Positions 40,232 to 53,782 of a DNA stretch of 64,000 bases are shown piece after piece. The notes below the pieces were generated by a model. It made no database searches. It was not told where the DNA came from and worked only from the letters and a program-made list of their open reading frames with translations. The stretch is from Eledone cirrhosa (lineage: Eukaryota). A program made the translations under genes and the position numbers. The DNA is taken from contig OZ024745.1 in NCBI GenBank assembly GCA_964016885.1, forward strand, positions 133,858,001-133,922,000, in the 5' to 3' direction. How positions within the stretch are numbered: the first letter of the stretch is position 1; each line of letters opens with the position of its first letter.

Positions 40232-40428
40232 GTGGTTATACTATATTTAAAGAGAGGGGTTTATAATATAGAGAAAGGGATGGGTTATAATATATAGAGA
40301 GGGTGGTTTTAGTAGAGAAAAGGATGGGTTTATATAGAGAGAGAGGGGTGGTTCATATATTTAGAGAGATGGGATTATCCGTTATAATATAGAGAGAGGG
40401 GATTATCCGTTTTCACGGGTCCAGCTAG
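38408..40428 (+). mobile_element. Putative non-autonomous Helitron carrying a minisatellite
   Basis: 5' A|TCTCTATATTAATA; 3' hairpin ATCCGT-TTTC-ACGGGT followed by CTAG|T; no TSD. Confidence 0.65.
38545..40405. repeat. Variable-length minisatellite with a unit of about 50 bp
   Basis: Unit GTTATAATATAGAGAAAGGGGTGGGTTAT(TA)n(GA)nGGG, more than 30 copies. Confidence 0.95.
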
Positions 40429-41781
40429 TTATTATAATTGTGTATCTCACAATGTGTGCTCTCGTTTGTTTGAGTGTGTGTGTGTATGTATGTTAGTTTC
40501 TCAGTAGTATGTGTACAGGCAGATAAGTGTGTTAGTGTGGGTGCCGTATTTTCGTGTATATGTGTATATGTTTGATATATTTTTGCGTGCATGAGCGAAT
40601 GATATTGTGTGTATATGTGAGGGATACGTGATTGCGTGTTGTTAATATTTATGAGGTTGTGTGTGTAGTTTCATATAGTGCGAAGATGTGTGGGTGTGTG
40701 TATGGGAGACTCTGTGTGCAGGTGACACCCGGCCTTGTGTACTTGTCATATGTTCTTGTTGAGTCCATATGAATGTTGCATTAGTGTCGAATACGGGAAC
40801 GATTAGTGCAAAGGAAACCAAGAAACAAAACAGAAATCTACTTAATCGTAGTTCCTATGTTCAGCTGTCGTAATTCCGGCATTCATCCAACAATGTTACC
40901 AGGGTTAAAAACTAATTTGGATAGATTGGGAGTTATACAAAACGGATGTTTAGATAAACTAGAACACAAGACGTAACTGAACGATACAGAATAACAGTGA
41001 CAACAAATATGTGGCACTAATAGGTATTATATGAATAAATATATAGAAGGGTATATTTGAAATGAATAAGATGATACGGAACACGCTGTTTTCACATTAA
41101 TGCTAAAAAGGAAATTGTCAAAATTGTCAGTTTCATATCTAGAGGAACGAACTGGAGTTGAAGGATGGATGACTTCTAGGAAAACATAGTTTAAAAAGTT
41201 ATAGAAAAAGAAGTTAGGAAAGATGGAAGTGAAAGCGGGGATCTTAGAGGGCAATCAGAGAGATGGACAAACTAGAAAGGGAACAGAGAAAGAGCGATAG
41301 AATCTTTCGTCTCTTTCAACTCTGACAACAATAATATAATCTAGGGGTCTCTGGTAAATATAGAGTATTGTTGAGGGATGTCAATACATGAAATGAAATC
41401 CAATGATTATTATTCTATTCTGAACGTTTTAGCCAGACCCAAGCTACCGTATTTAGCTTTTATTCATTTATTGTCTCTTTCAAAGCATGTGTGAAATGCT
41501 TCGGAGTAAAACCCAAATCAGTATTCAATGTTTCTTTATTATCATACCTTCCTTCCGGGGTCTACGTCTAAGTCATTCGGTGTTTACTTTATTGCTCCGA
41601 GTCCGACAGGAAATATTTAAACCTCCAACCACCACTAACCCCTTACAAACTTCATGTGTGATGTAAGACGGCATTCCAACTCAGAGAAATACTGCTCCAG
41701 CATCTTGAACGATGATGCTTCAAAAGTTACCAACACACACTTTTCTCTGGCCTTCAGATATTTCGACTTTAATCTCGTGCA

Positions 41782-42246
41782 TCCACACACTTCCCATTCA
41801 CACGTCTCTCCACATACTTCCCATTCACACGTCTCTCCACACACTTCCCATTCACACGTCTCTCCACACACTTCCCATTCACACGTCTCTCCACACACTT
41901 CCCATTCACACGTCTCTCCACACACTTCCCATTCACACGTCTCTCCACACACTTCCCATTCCCACGTCTCTCCACACACTTCCCATTCACACGTCTCTCC
42001 ACACACTTCCCATTCACACGTCTCTCCACACACTTCCCATTCACACATCTCTCCACACACTTCCCATTCACACGTCTCTCCACACACTTCCCATTCACAC
42101 GTCTCTCCACAAACTTCCCATTCACACGTCTCTCCACACACTTCCCATTCACACATCTCTCCACACACTTCCCATTCACACGTCTCTCCACACACTTCCC
42201 ATTCACACGTCTCTCCACAAACTTCCCATTCACACGTCTCTCCACT
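41782..42246. repeat. 27-bp minisatellite, about 17 highly homogeneous copies
   Basis: Unit CCACACACTTCCCATTCACACGTCTCT. Confidence 0.96.
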
Positions 42247-43156
42247 TTTCACTCATATTTCCGCCTCCCACCCAAGCCTCACACTTATTAATGCACTCAA
42301 TATTCCCATTTTTTCTGAAACGGTAAACCTGTTTGAGGAAAACATTACTTGTGTAAATGCCAGTGAAGTACAAAGATGCAGCCGCTTCCACCTGACAACC
42401 AACCCATTAAAAAAGCTATTGGTCATCTACGTCCTCAAACATTCCCTGATGAAGTTTGGAGTTTGGAAAAGTTTCTATGCCGTAACGGTTTGTCGTTTAA
42501 TGTTCACAATCGATACACATTTAAAGGTGTCGGACAAAATCGATATCTAATATTTACAATATCAAACACAAAGAACGACAAAAGAACACATTGGTGATTC
42601 AAGACAGCTGCACAATTTCGTTTCCTAGGTGAAATCATCTATCTTCATGTACAAAAGCTGATTTTATTTTTAATAAGCTAATAATTTTAACGAATTAGAT
42701 AAAAACAACATAGTCATATGTCATCACAAAGATAATTACTATATTCGCCATGGTTCCAACATGAACACCCTTCTCTACATGTCAGGTTTCTATCACGTAA
42801 ACCACACTATCAATCAACTCGAATTGTTAACAACAAAACGAATACACAGATATAGAGATGCACACAAAGCCACAGCCATTCGCATGACAAGGGTCGCTTC
42901 CTTTAAAAAATAGGAATAACATTTGTTTAACGGGTTATAATCTTTCCACGCACGACTTCAAGACGAGATCTCGTTCAGACATTAATTCAGCGATTGATGA
43001 ATTATGCCTAAGTGTTGCACCCCTGTATTCTGAACTGCTGTATACCATCTGTTTGTTGGCGCTCTCTCTCTCTCTCTGTGCTTTGAAACCTAAGGTAGTG
43101 CAATACGAGTTACGTGTATGAATCGTAATAAATTATATATATATGTGTGTGTGTAT

Positions 43157-43192
<36 letters not shown>

Positions 43193-43364
43193 ATATATAT
43201 GTGTGTGTGTGTGTAGATGTTTACATATATATACGCGTGTGTGTGTGTGTGTATGTGTGTGTGTATAGATGTGTATATATATATATATACAATTTGCACT
43301 ACATATATTTACATTTCTTCATTCTAGACTGAATTTAAAATCTAGATTTTAAGAATTCCAACTG

Positions 43365-44162
43365 TTTCATCGGCTGCAATTTGCAGACGGCATGGTGTTA
43401 CTCAACTCAACAGAAGGTGATCGCCAACTTGCACTTGATAGGTTTGATGCCGAGAGCTGCATGGCTGAAATGAAAATCAGTGCTGCGAAAACTGAGACAC
43501 TCGTCCTCTCAAGGATACCTGCGCAGTGCACTCTACGTGTTAATGGAGTTTCAGTGAAGCAGGTAGAGAAGTTCAAGTATCTCAGGACCGAGTTCACGTG
43601 TGATGGAAGGCAGGGGGGCTTAATTAAGTGCAATAATGGCAGGAACTGGTGTAGTAACGTGCCAGCCTCAGCATTCAGTATCAGAAAAAGGGAGGTAGGC
43701 GTAAAAACCAAACTCACTGTCTTCAATTTAGTCTACGTGCCAACCCTTACCAATGGTCATGAATCTTGTATAATGACCGAAACAATACGATCGCAAATAC
43801 AAGCGGCCGAAATGGGATTCCTCCGAAGAGTCTTTGGAGTAACGTTAATCGATAAAGTCCGTAGCTCGGAAAACAGAGAGTCACTAGAGGTAGAGCCACT
43901 ACTTCTCCAAATTATTAGATCGCAGCTCCGATACTATGGGTATATGGTTGGAATGTCTCAGCAAAGAATTACTGGACAGATTTTACGGGCAAAACCAACC
44001 GGTAGGAGACATAGGGGTAGACTCTGAGCAAGATGGTTGGATAACATCTATGAGATTGGCTGGTCACGCTTGAGGGTCCAACCGGATCAGTTGGAGACAG
44101 TTGCTTCTAACAGGACTCCGCTACAACGATTCTCCCAGGAATAAGAGGGCGAAGAAGAAGAA
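43365..44162 (+). pseudogene. RTE-clade LINE 3' portion (RT motif C to end) with GAA tail
   Basis: LQFADGMVLL, MKISAAKTE, VEKFKYL, IQAAEMGFLRRVFGVT..DKVR, QLRYYG, GRRHRGR; ends in GAAGAAGAAGAA. Confidence 0.88.
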
Positions 44163-44912
44163 TTGTTTCCTAAAAGTGTTGAGAGTGCAGAACATTACCT
44201 GACTACATAGATTTTCATGAGACTGAATGGTGCATTCTGATTAAGGAACTCATATAGAGAAAAATATTGACTACAAATTATTAAGTTCGGGATATTTTAG
44301 ACAATTTTTAATGTTTTTTTCTTATTAGTCATCTTCCATCCGCTAAGCTTCAAAAAACCTGTCAGATAAGAACTGTTGCTCTAGATATAGTGGGGTTAAT
44401 AAAGTGACAGACCATAGCCAAATAAATTCAATCAATAATGACCTAAGGTATATATAAATAAATAAATATACACAAGTACAATAACAACAACCACACATAA
44501 ACATACACAAGTGAACAAAGATAGAATACAAACACACATAGACTCTGACACGAACACACACACCAAACAGAAAACACACACGCAAACGCATGCGCAAACA
44601 GAGACAAAGACAAAATTAAATAAATAAAATTAAAATAGCATAGACATAAGAATTCAACGGGAGGAAACATAATAGTACCACTGAAGATGTCACAGATGTG
44701 AGATGAAAGAACTTTTATAGACTACTTATATATATATTTATATCTGTATTTTGAACAGTTGGTCAATGAATGATAAACATTGATTGCCAGATAAATTAAC
44801 TATGGAGATATAAAATATACAGAAGCGAAAACCAACTCCAACCAATCAGTGAGTGTGTTCTGTTATTATTTCTGGCTATATTATAACAATATGACCCTCC
44901 CCAAGTATAACA

Positions 44913-44945
<33 letters not shown>

Positions 44946-45058
44946 AATTTTAGTAAGTTAATTTTTATAATTTTCTTATTTTACGTCATTCATATATATA
45001 TATATATATATATATATTGTTATATATATGCATGTTTGTATGTGTGTGTCTAGGCTAC

Positions 45059-45166
<108 letters not shown>

Positions 45167-45734
45167 GTACCTGTGCCTGTGCATGTGTACGTGTGTGTGT
45201 TCGTGTTTGTATGCTGTTAAGAGCAGATACTACTCTTTGCCTGAGAAGTTTAATAGCAGTCTGTTGTTTTCTATAATACATTAATGAAATATGGATTCAA
45301 CACCGTAAATGCGTTAATGTAGTTTTTTCTTTCACATTTTTAGCACTATACAAATCGACGTGAAGCTGCAGAAACCAATGAGACAGGCACCTGTATCTAA
45401 GCTGTATCTAAGCTGTATACGTTGAAACTTTTAAGGATGTGGAAAGTAAAAAGCACTATACTTTTTAAAAGATTGTCCATATATCTACTCCGAATATGTT
45501 TAGATTTTGTTAATGGATTGGAAAGCAATGATAGATTTGAGGCTACGTGCAATTCTTGTCAAAACATTGGCTTGATATACTTTCATATAGTTTATACATC
45601 TTGAAGGATTCGTGTAAGAGTCGTGTAAGAAATTATGGAATCATCCAATTGTCTGCTCGAAAGAATGATATTGTAATTCTCCCAGTGCTACATAACAAGT
45701 ATATTTCATTTCCAACTGACTCTGAAATACCAGG

Positions 45735-45922
45735 CAGTGGAGACTTCTGGTGTCCTCGGCCCTAGGGCTACCTCCCTACTCATCACCACAGGCGCTGAGC
45801 TGGCCAGCCGCAGGTGTGAGTCCCGCGAGTTGGAGTGGCTTTTCCAGCGCGCCTCCCTAGCCGTCCTCCGGGGAAACGCCTTCCCTAATCTGTCCGCCGG
45901 AGCTGTGGGGAGGCCACTAATA
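45735..45922 (+). pseudogene. C-terminal restriction-like endonuclease fragment of a CRE-clade non-LTR element
   Basis: VETSGVLGP.A..L....WLFQRASLAVLRGNA motif; GC-rich island in an AT-rich background. Confidence 0.75.
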
Positions 45923-46651
45923 TAATTGACTGACTTGTCATTTTATCAGTCAGATGTTTCTAGACCCGTTGGGTCATTACTAATAGGTCTTTTGGTTGAT
46001 TGCCTCGGAAATGTAACCTAAAGCATATAACTTCAGTGAAGTCACTATAAGGAATGTTTCTACTAACTAGAAGGATAGTATTACCAATAGTTTGGAATGT
46101 AAGCAATTCGGAGATTTTGCTTCATCTGGCTGGCTTACTTTTCAATCACAAACGGTTCCTTCAATCACATTTATTGTTCTGATTTGTTTGTTTAGTTTTG
46201 GAAGATCGATAATTTCACATACATATTTCAATACAAAATAAAGTGCTGCGCAGTCCTTTAAATAATCCTTTCGATTACTTGGTTATTGCAGCCAAACGAC
46301 TATCGACTCTCCATTCAGCAACACTCGGCTTCAAACCTATTAAGTGAAAGTCGAAGATCATCTTCTATCGATTTGAGTAACACCATGTTACCCAGCTGAC
46401 TGACTTTACATCCGCCAGTCATGATACCACTTCCGACTCGACTGCGCATGTCAATCCTGTTTATGTAAATAATGAACGGTGCCAGTCACTTTGCCAATCT
46501 TGCCAATAAAAACGCACCTTCTATTCGATTTTCATTTCAGTTCTATTATTAGTTATTAGTTAGTTCGTCAAAGTCTTTCGTCACATGTTCTTCTCTGTGT
46601 CTTCTCTTCTTTTCGGTATTGATCCGTTTATTCCAAATGTATATATACATA

Positions 46652-46732
<81 letters not shown>

Positions 46733-47539
46733 AAAGTCATGGATTTAATACATAGTGGTTGGTGGTGCCGAAATGAATGCTTTATGCACGAGGTATAACA
46801 CACTAACTCTTCGGTTGGTAATACTTTACAAGTTTCTGAGATAATTTCTGTTTTCAGAATATTAGACAACCACATAACTATAAAGAATAACAAACGGAGA
46901 CAATGAGATTAATTTAACTGAATTTACCATAACATCTACCCACATCTCATACTTAATCTTAATACTGCTTCATCATGCACGCACGGAGACCTCTAAACGT
47001 TTTAAAATTCGTAGCTCGTCGATAGTTTCCCTGGAGACATTGCTATGTAAATTGTATCAATACGAAATGTTATTCTCCCAACCTATCTATATTTTGATTT
47101 ATTTAATAAATATATGTATTTTATGGTACATTTAGTTTTATCTTTTTTTTTTTGTTTCAAACTTTAATAAATAGATAAATTTTAATATCTATCTATTCCT
47201 TGTTTGTAGCCAATAGCAATAATTCGTGTAAAGATACATTGAATTACAACGACTTGTCTTTTATCATCTTTAAAAGCTATTATATAATTAGGAAAAGAAA
47301 ATAAGAAAAAAAATAGTAATAATAGAAATTTCCTAATGTACGCGTTTATATTTTGGCCCAAAGCTACATTGTAAATATCCCATGTCTTCATAATTCCATT
47401 GCTTCTAATAAATTCTTGCATATAGACTTTGAATTTAGAAATAATCCACTATTTAACATTTGATATTTTTCTGCAATAATGAACGAGACTAAGCTGGTCC
47501 ACTCATAACATCGCTTCTTGTATTATTGCACTTTGAGCT

Positions 47540-47728
47540 TAGCTGTTCTCGTTCGGGGATCCAGCCGGATCAGTTGGAGACGGTTGCTTCTGACAGGACC
47601 CACTGGAAGGAGTGTTTGAGGACTCTACTCCCACGACCCTCTCAAGAAGAAGAAGAAGAAGAAGAAGAAGAAGAAGAAGAAGAAGAAGAAGAAGAAGAAG
47701 AAGAAGAAGAAGAAGAAGAAGAAGAAGA
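47540..47728 (+). mobile_element. 3' end of the same RTE family as 43365-44162, with an expanded (GAA)n tail
   Basis: CCGGATCAGTTGGAGAC.GTTGCTTCT.ACAGGAC shared with 44080-44117; more than 25 GAA units. Confidence 0.85.
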
Positions 47729-48931
47729 TATATTTACTAATCAGGGTTGCGTATGCAACACCCCGATCAATGAATAATGATGCCATTCGACATAAGCACT
47801 CAACGTCATGTGTGTTCATAGATAATCGAAACAGAATTGGAATTCAAGTGTTCGCTCCAACATATAAATATGTAAATTTTGTATATCGGATAATACACGA
47901 TATGTTTACGAATAAACATTTGAAAGCCTTTAGTTATGTGTGTGCCAGCAGGTGGGGTGCATTACCTTGGAAACGGCCAGATAAGCCAGAAATAGCTGTC
48001 GGTTATCCCCCTTGCTTCTTCTGAACCTTGCTAGGTGGCGCTCTTCCAGCACCTTTTAAAATCGAAACAGATTTTACTTAAGACATTAAAAAATAGAGAA
48101 AATAGCGGATCCCTAGACAACATGAATCCCTTGAATCAGCATTAGGACATTTCTGTTAGTCATAATAAGCGAATTCAAATTCTGTGGTTTCAAAGTAGTA
48201 TGTAACAGATAGTTAATCGCCTAAGGTATTTACACCAGCAATGTATTTAGTTCTGCAATCTATTGAATTGTAATGAATATACAAAATTTATTGAAAGAAA
48301 ATACCTCAATTATTATGTAGTTGTTTAAATGAAGTTAGATTTTATCTCTACAGAACAAGACTTTATAATAAATATATATTTAAAACAAACACATGGAGGA
48401 GGTGGTTACTAACCTTGCAACTCTCAAGAATAAAATATTATTTAAAACTAAAAGACGGCAATACATTTCAAAATGGCTTCTTCTTTTATATGATATCGTG
48501 AGCTATTTCTGTTTAAATGTATAATTAATGTCTGAGTCACCGATTGCTCAATAATTAAAACTTCTCCTGACGTTTCATAAAGTAAAAGAAAAACAATTAT
48601 GGCAATAAATTCTAGATGCTTGCGTTTCTATTGATATAAACAGCTATTTCGTTTGGTCTTGATCACAAGTGCTGCCATTTTATACAATAACCGCAATTAC
48701 TACACTATATTTCTACCATATATTCATTTATCAAATACTATAAACGCATCTACAGTATAGACACTATTCTAGTGTCACAGTTACAATGTTTTTGTGATAC
48801 AATTACTCTCCCTAATGAAGATTTAACGAATTCTTCATTGACATATGAGTTTGGTCAGCAATTCATTATAGCGTCTATAAATGTACGGTCTAGTATATGT
48901 TCGCGTGAGCATGCGTGCGTATATATATATA

Positions 48932-49014
<83 letters not shown>

Positions 49015-49055
49015 ATACATACATACATACATACATACATACATACATACATACA

Positions 49056-49086
<31 letters not shown>

Positions 49087-49724
49087 GTATATATATAGAG
49101 AGAGAGAAAGAGAGTGAAATATATTATAGCACATACATTCGTATGTGAATGTTAACTGTTATGTATCCATATATACGTGTACGTAAGTATATATACATAT
49201 ATATAGAGAGAGAGAAGGGGGAGAATATATATACACACAAGCAAAGTGAAGTTGGAGAGGGAATCGGAAAGTTCGCTGGTGGTGTGGAAAATAGCTAGAA
49301 ATAGCCATAACACTACTTAAGAATATCGCTGTTCTGCTCATTATCCAGCTCAGTAATTTTTCAAAATTATTCACGCCGTTGTGTTTTAGATATGGCGGTG
49401 AGATACTTGGCATAAATGTAGACTTAAATATAAATAATAGATGTGAAAGGTACTTAAGTGGTCTTCAACTTTACCATAGTTGCTATTAATTTCATCAATT
49501 CTACAATTTATATATTTACTTTAGACAACTCCAAGTATTTTCCTTATAGAAATGTTTCATTAAATTTTTATGTTTTCTATATACTTTGCCGTTCTTTTTG
49601 TTGACGTCCATATTGAGTTAGGTTGCGGGGCGGGGGGGGGGGACTAATTTGTAGGATAATGTTAAATTACTGAGGAAAGATTTGAATATACTTGTTAAAA
49701 CCTGTTGAAATGATACCATGATAG

Positions 49725-50010
49725 TGTTGTTGTTGTTGGTGGTGGTGGTGGTGGTGGTGGTCGTGGCAGTGGTGGTGGTGTTGGTGGTGGCGGTGGTGGT
49801 GGTAGTGGTAGTGGTGGTGGTGGTGGTGGTGGTTGTGGTTGTGATGGTAGTGGTGAGGAGGAGGAGGTTGGTGGTGGTGGTGGTGGAGGTGGTGGTGGGG
49901 TGGGTGGGTATAGTGGTGGTGGTGGTGGTGGTGGAGGTGGTGGTGGTGGAGGTGGTGGTGGTGGTGGAGGTGGTGGTGTGGTGTGGTGTGGTATAGTGGT
50001 GGTGGTGGTG
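49725..50010. repeat. Imperfect (GGT)n trinucleotide repeat
   Basis: Directly visible. Confidence 0.92.
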
Positions 50011-50496
50011 ATATCCTCCCATAATTGTTCGTCTCTTATGTTTGCTGTTCTTGTTAGATCTGTTCATGGTAATTTCTTTTCTCCTTCTGCCCATATTCTT
50101 CTCCAGAACTCTTCCCTTTCTTTTACTTTGGGGGATACATAACTTTTATTTTGTTTCTATTAAGTTCCTGGTAGAGTCGTTTTGGGTTGGAGTGAAATAA
50201 CTGATTTTGTTGAAACAATTTTGGCGCTTATCATATCTCTGGATTATTTGTACCGTCGCCAGTATTTGTTGTTTAAGGTTTTCCTTGGTGTTTTATTTTT
50301 TTGTGTTTTTTTTATTTTTCCCTGTTCTTAGTTTTATTGTTGTTTTTTTCTTATTTCATTTAAGATTGTGACGTCTTTTCTTTTATCTTATATTTTTTTT
50401 ATCTTTGATTTCCATGTTTGTGTGGTTTTTGTTTTTCTGGCTTCTATAGCTCTATGAGGGTATCCACTTTCTTTTCTAACCAACAGTGGCTCTCTC

Positions 50497-50591
<95 letters not shown>

Positions 50592-50592
<1 letters not shown>

Positions 50593-51660
50593 CTGATCCT
50601 ACATAGTGAGCTAGCCTCCTCCTTATCAATATGGTAGCTCATCCATTTCGTTCTGAGGGCTTGCTCTTGTGCAGCCATTAGCATTCCTTCTGTAGCTTTT
50701 TTCAGTTCTCTTCTTTTTAACCAGTTCCATGTCTGTGGATCTCTGAATTCCATTTTCTTAAAGAAGGTGCTATGAAGCGATTTTTCATGAAGGTTGTTCT
50801 TCCTCTTTGGTGTTATGTCCTCCTTGTAGATCTCCTGGTCTATTGTCTTGTCCTTTAGTACAATTTTGAGCATTGGCTTCCTACTTTCAGACACATATTT
50901 ATGCAGACTGCTTTTCTCCATCTGAACACAGTCCTCTATGCTTAAAAGACCTCTTCCACCTTCAGATCTCTTTAAGTAGAGTCTATCAACATCACTCCTC
51001 TTGTGGAACATGTTGTAGGTAATCATTAGCTTCCTAGTTTTTCTATCCATTTCTTTTTGTTCAGTAACATTCCATTTCAGAATTCCCGCACTGTACCTAA
51101 TAATAGACACAGCTCGGGAATTTACTGCAATTATGACATTCCTACTATTTAGATGTGATTTTAGTATGTTTTTTACTCTCTTTATGCAATCAGATCTTAT
51201 CAATTCCTTCATTTTATTGTTCTTGATGTCATCTGCCTTGAGTGTCAATTTTCTTTTATCATCTCATCTGTTGGTACCTGGATTCCGTTGCTTCTCTTCA
51301 ATTTACCTCTCTTCATCACTAGGACTCCACACTTATTAACACCAAATTCCATACATATATCATTTCTGAAAATATGAACAGTGTAAACAAGTACATTCAA
51401 ATCTTCCTCGCTTTTCTCAAAGAGTTTTATATCGTCAATGAGGTGGTTGATGGTAAGCTCTCCTGTTCCCAGTTTGTATCCTGATTTCACTTTTCGCAAT
51501 GTGAGGGACAAGGTTATGAGGGTAAAGACAAACAACAAAGGGGACAAACTATCTCCTTGGAAGATGCCTCTCATGATCTTCACTCCTCCCAAGGATTCTC
51601 CACCAGATGTTAGCTCTGTTTCCCAGGACTTCATACTTTTACTTAATACCTGTCCAGCAA
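50592..51660 (-). pseudogene. R4/Dong-clade non-LTR retrotransposon RT fragment (second family)
   Basis: RGIFQGDSLSPLLFV, INHL.DDIKLF, MEFGVNKC, DVDRLYLKRSEGGRGLLSIED, EGMLMAAQEQALRTK; frameshifted and cut by (CT)n. Confidence 0.88.
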
Positions 51661-53645
51661 TCTTCCCAAAGTGCTATATATTCCTATTTCTTTTATTCGC
51701 ATCTCACTTAAGTAATCGCACCTATTCCTAACTGAATAAAACTTGAAGCATTAAATCTCCTGCCAAGAAACACAATAAGGAAGTCTCTACCTGGTTTGAA
51801 CTCATAATTCAAAAGATTGCTATCTACTTTATAATCCATTCACTAGTTTTTGTTCTACATATCTTCTAAGCTTTTTGTTATAGAGAGATCCTCCTCAATC
51901 AAGGAGAGTGTAGCAGCACTTATATATTCCCAGACATGTTCAGTAAATTTACTGAAAAAATCGATGAACTGAAGAATCAGTAATTATATTCTACCTTGGG
52001 ATATAATCGATAAATTAAACTAAAACTAATGAATCAACCATAAATTAAATTAGAAAAGGAAACAATGACATTGTCACCCATACAGACCAGATTAATGATT
52101 TCTTCCACAGACATTGGGTATTGGGAATAATGTCAGTGTATATAGTCGATTGAATTAGCAACAGCATGTTCCTCATATAATTATATAATTATTGCACTGA
52201 TGCTGAATTAAAGACAATATTAAACCATGTGATATTCCACCTAGATATGGTAAGACAATCTAATAATAAATCTAAATAATGAATTTAAAAACTATATAAA
52301 AAAACTTATTTAATATCTGTTTAAAAGTATTGCCGCCTACCAGAAAGACTTCCGTTATGTATTGTATAATATTGACAACAAAAAAAATCAAATTTAGAGA
52401 CAACAGGAAGGATAAGGTCGATGGGTTGCAGTTCAACTTGAAGAATGCGGAAGTGCATATAACAATGGATTTCTTTGAGTTCAACTGCCTCTGAAAAATC
52501 ATAGAGCATCAGCCACCACAGTAATGAACGATGGTCTCTATAGCCATATACACGTCTCCCAGAGAACTTTCTTAATGTTATCGGTGCAACATTTTTATTT
52601 ATCTAAAGCTAATATGCAAGTTTCCATTCATGTTTCTATTCTTACAACAGCGAACACTAATTGCCATGTTCAGCATAAAATATTCAACGTAAATATATAT
52701 TGTTTCCATGTTCTCTCTGAAGATTGTTCCTGGAAGTCATAAGACCGAAACGCAACGAAATGGGCTCAAAATTCACCCATACATTTGGTTGTTCTCGTGT
52801 TTATGGTGATAAACTGTCTACTATTATTGATGTTGAAATCAAACTATTCTTATATTGACGTGCAAACGACACGATATCTTCTCTATTTCCTTCGTAATAA
52901 CTGATTCCAGTCTTATTTTCTTCACGTTTTGCTGACTGGGAGAGTTGTTTCAGTATTAATATTCTTTGATTGTTTTAAAAGATCATCTAATGAGGCTGAC
53001 TAAAAGAAGTTTTGCTGGTAAAAGATAGCCACCTGGCGACCTTTACCTTTTTTATATTAGACTGGAAGCTATAATTCAAAGATATGCTGTTTGAGCAATT
53101 ATTTGATACATGATCTAGTAAATTTCACCTGAACTATCTCGCCATATTTTTGTATACGTAGGTCTATAGTGTCCTGCATGCCCTTCCCTCTTTAAAGTGA
53201 GTAGATGTTAAAGGAGTTTCGCTAATATATTTATCAGGTCAATTGAAAGTTTCTTTTGTTAGTCAAATAGTATCAGAAGAACAAACGGCGTTGAAATAGA
53301 AGGAGATGTATAGCTGACACGAATAAAAACTGTAAAGTTTAATTTTGCCAACGAGAGCTGAGGGAGAGAATATGCTATCAAGAAATGGATGTAAGCGAAA
53401 TATGTATGATATTTTCCTCGCGAGAAATTATTGTTTATATGTCGCTACCAACCTTTGATTGACATGTTTACTGAATATAACACAAGAAAATTATTTACTA
53501 TCTGTTTTAGGCTAAGAAGGTCTTACAGAAATACTTTATTGTATTATTTTATCAGAATATCAGAGGAAGAAAATAGGAAAATATATGTGGGGCGGTGAAT
53601 GTGTGTCAGCGTGTGCCTGTGTACGTGTGCCTGCGTGTATGGGTA

Positions 53646-53727
<82 letters not shown>

Positions 53728-53782
53728 AAGAGAGAGAGAGAGACAGACAGACAGAGAAAATATCAAAATGTTGAAAAGTTAA

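Noticed and set aside
41635-42550. CEWEVCGET / HTSHSHVSP repeat ORFs resembling metal-binding proteins
   Set aside because: A 27-bp minisatellite open in several frames on both strands, with no synonymous-site bias or gene context.
52260-53290. Possible Gypsy RNase H remnant (VVADAL-like on the minus strand)
   Set aside because: Too degenerate; motifs not colinear enough to support without an HMM search.
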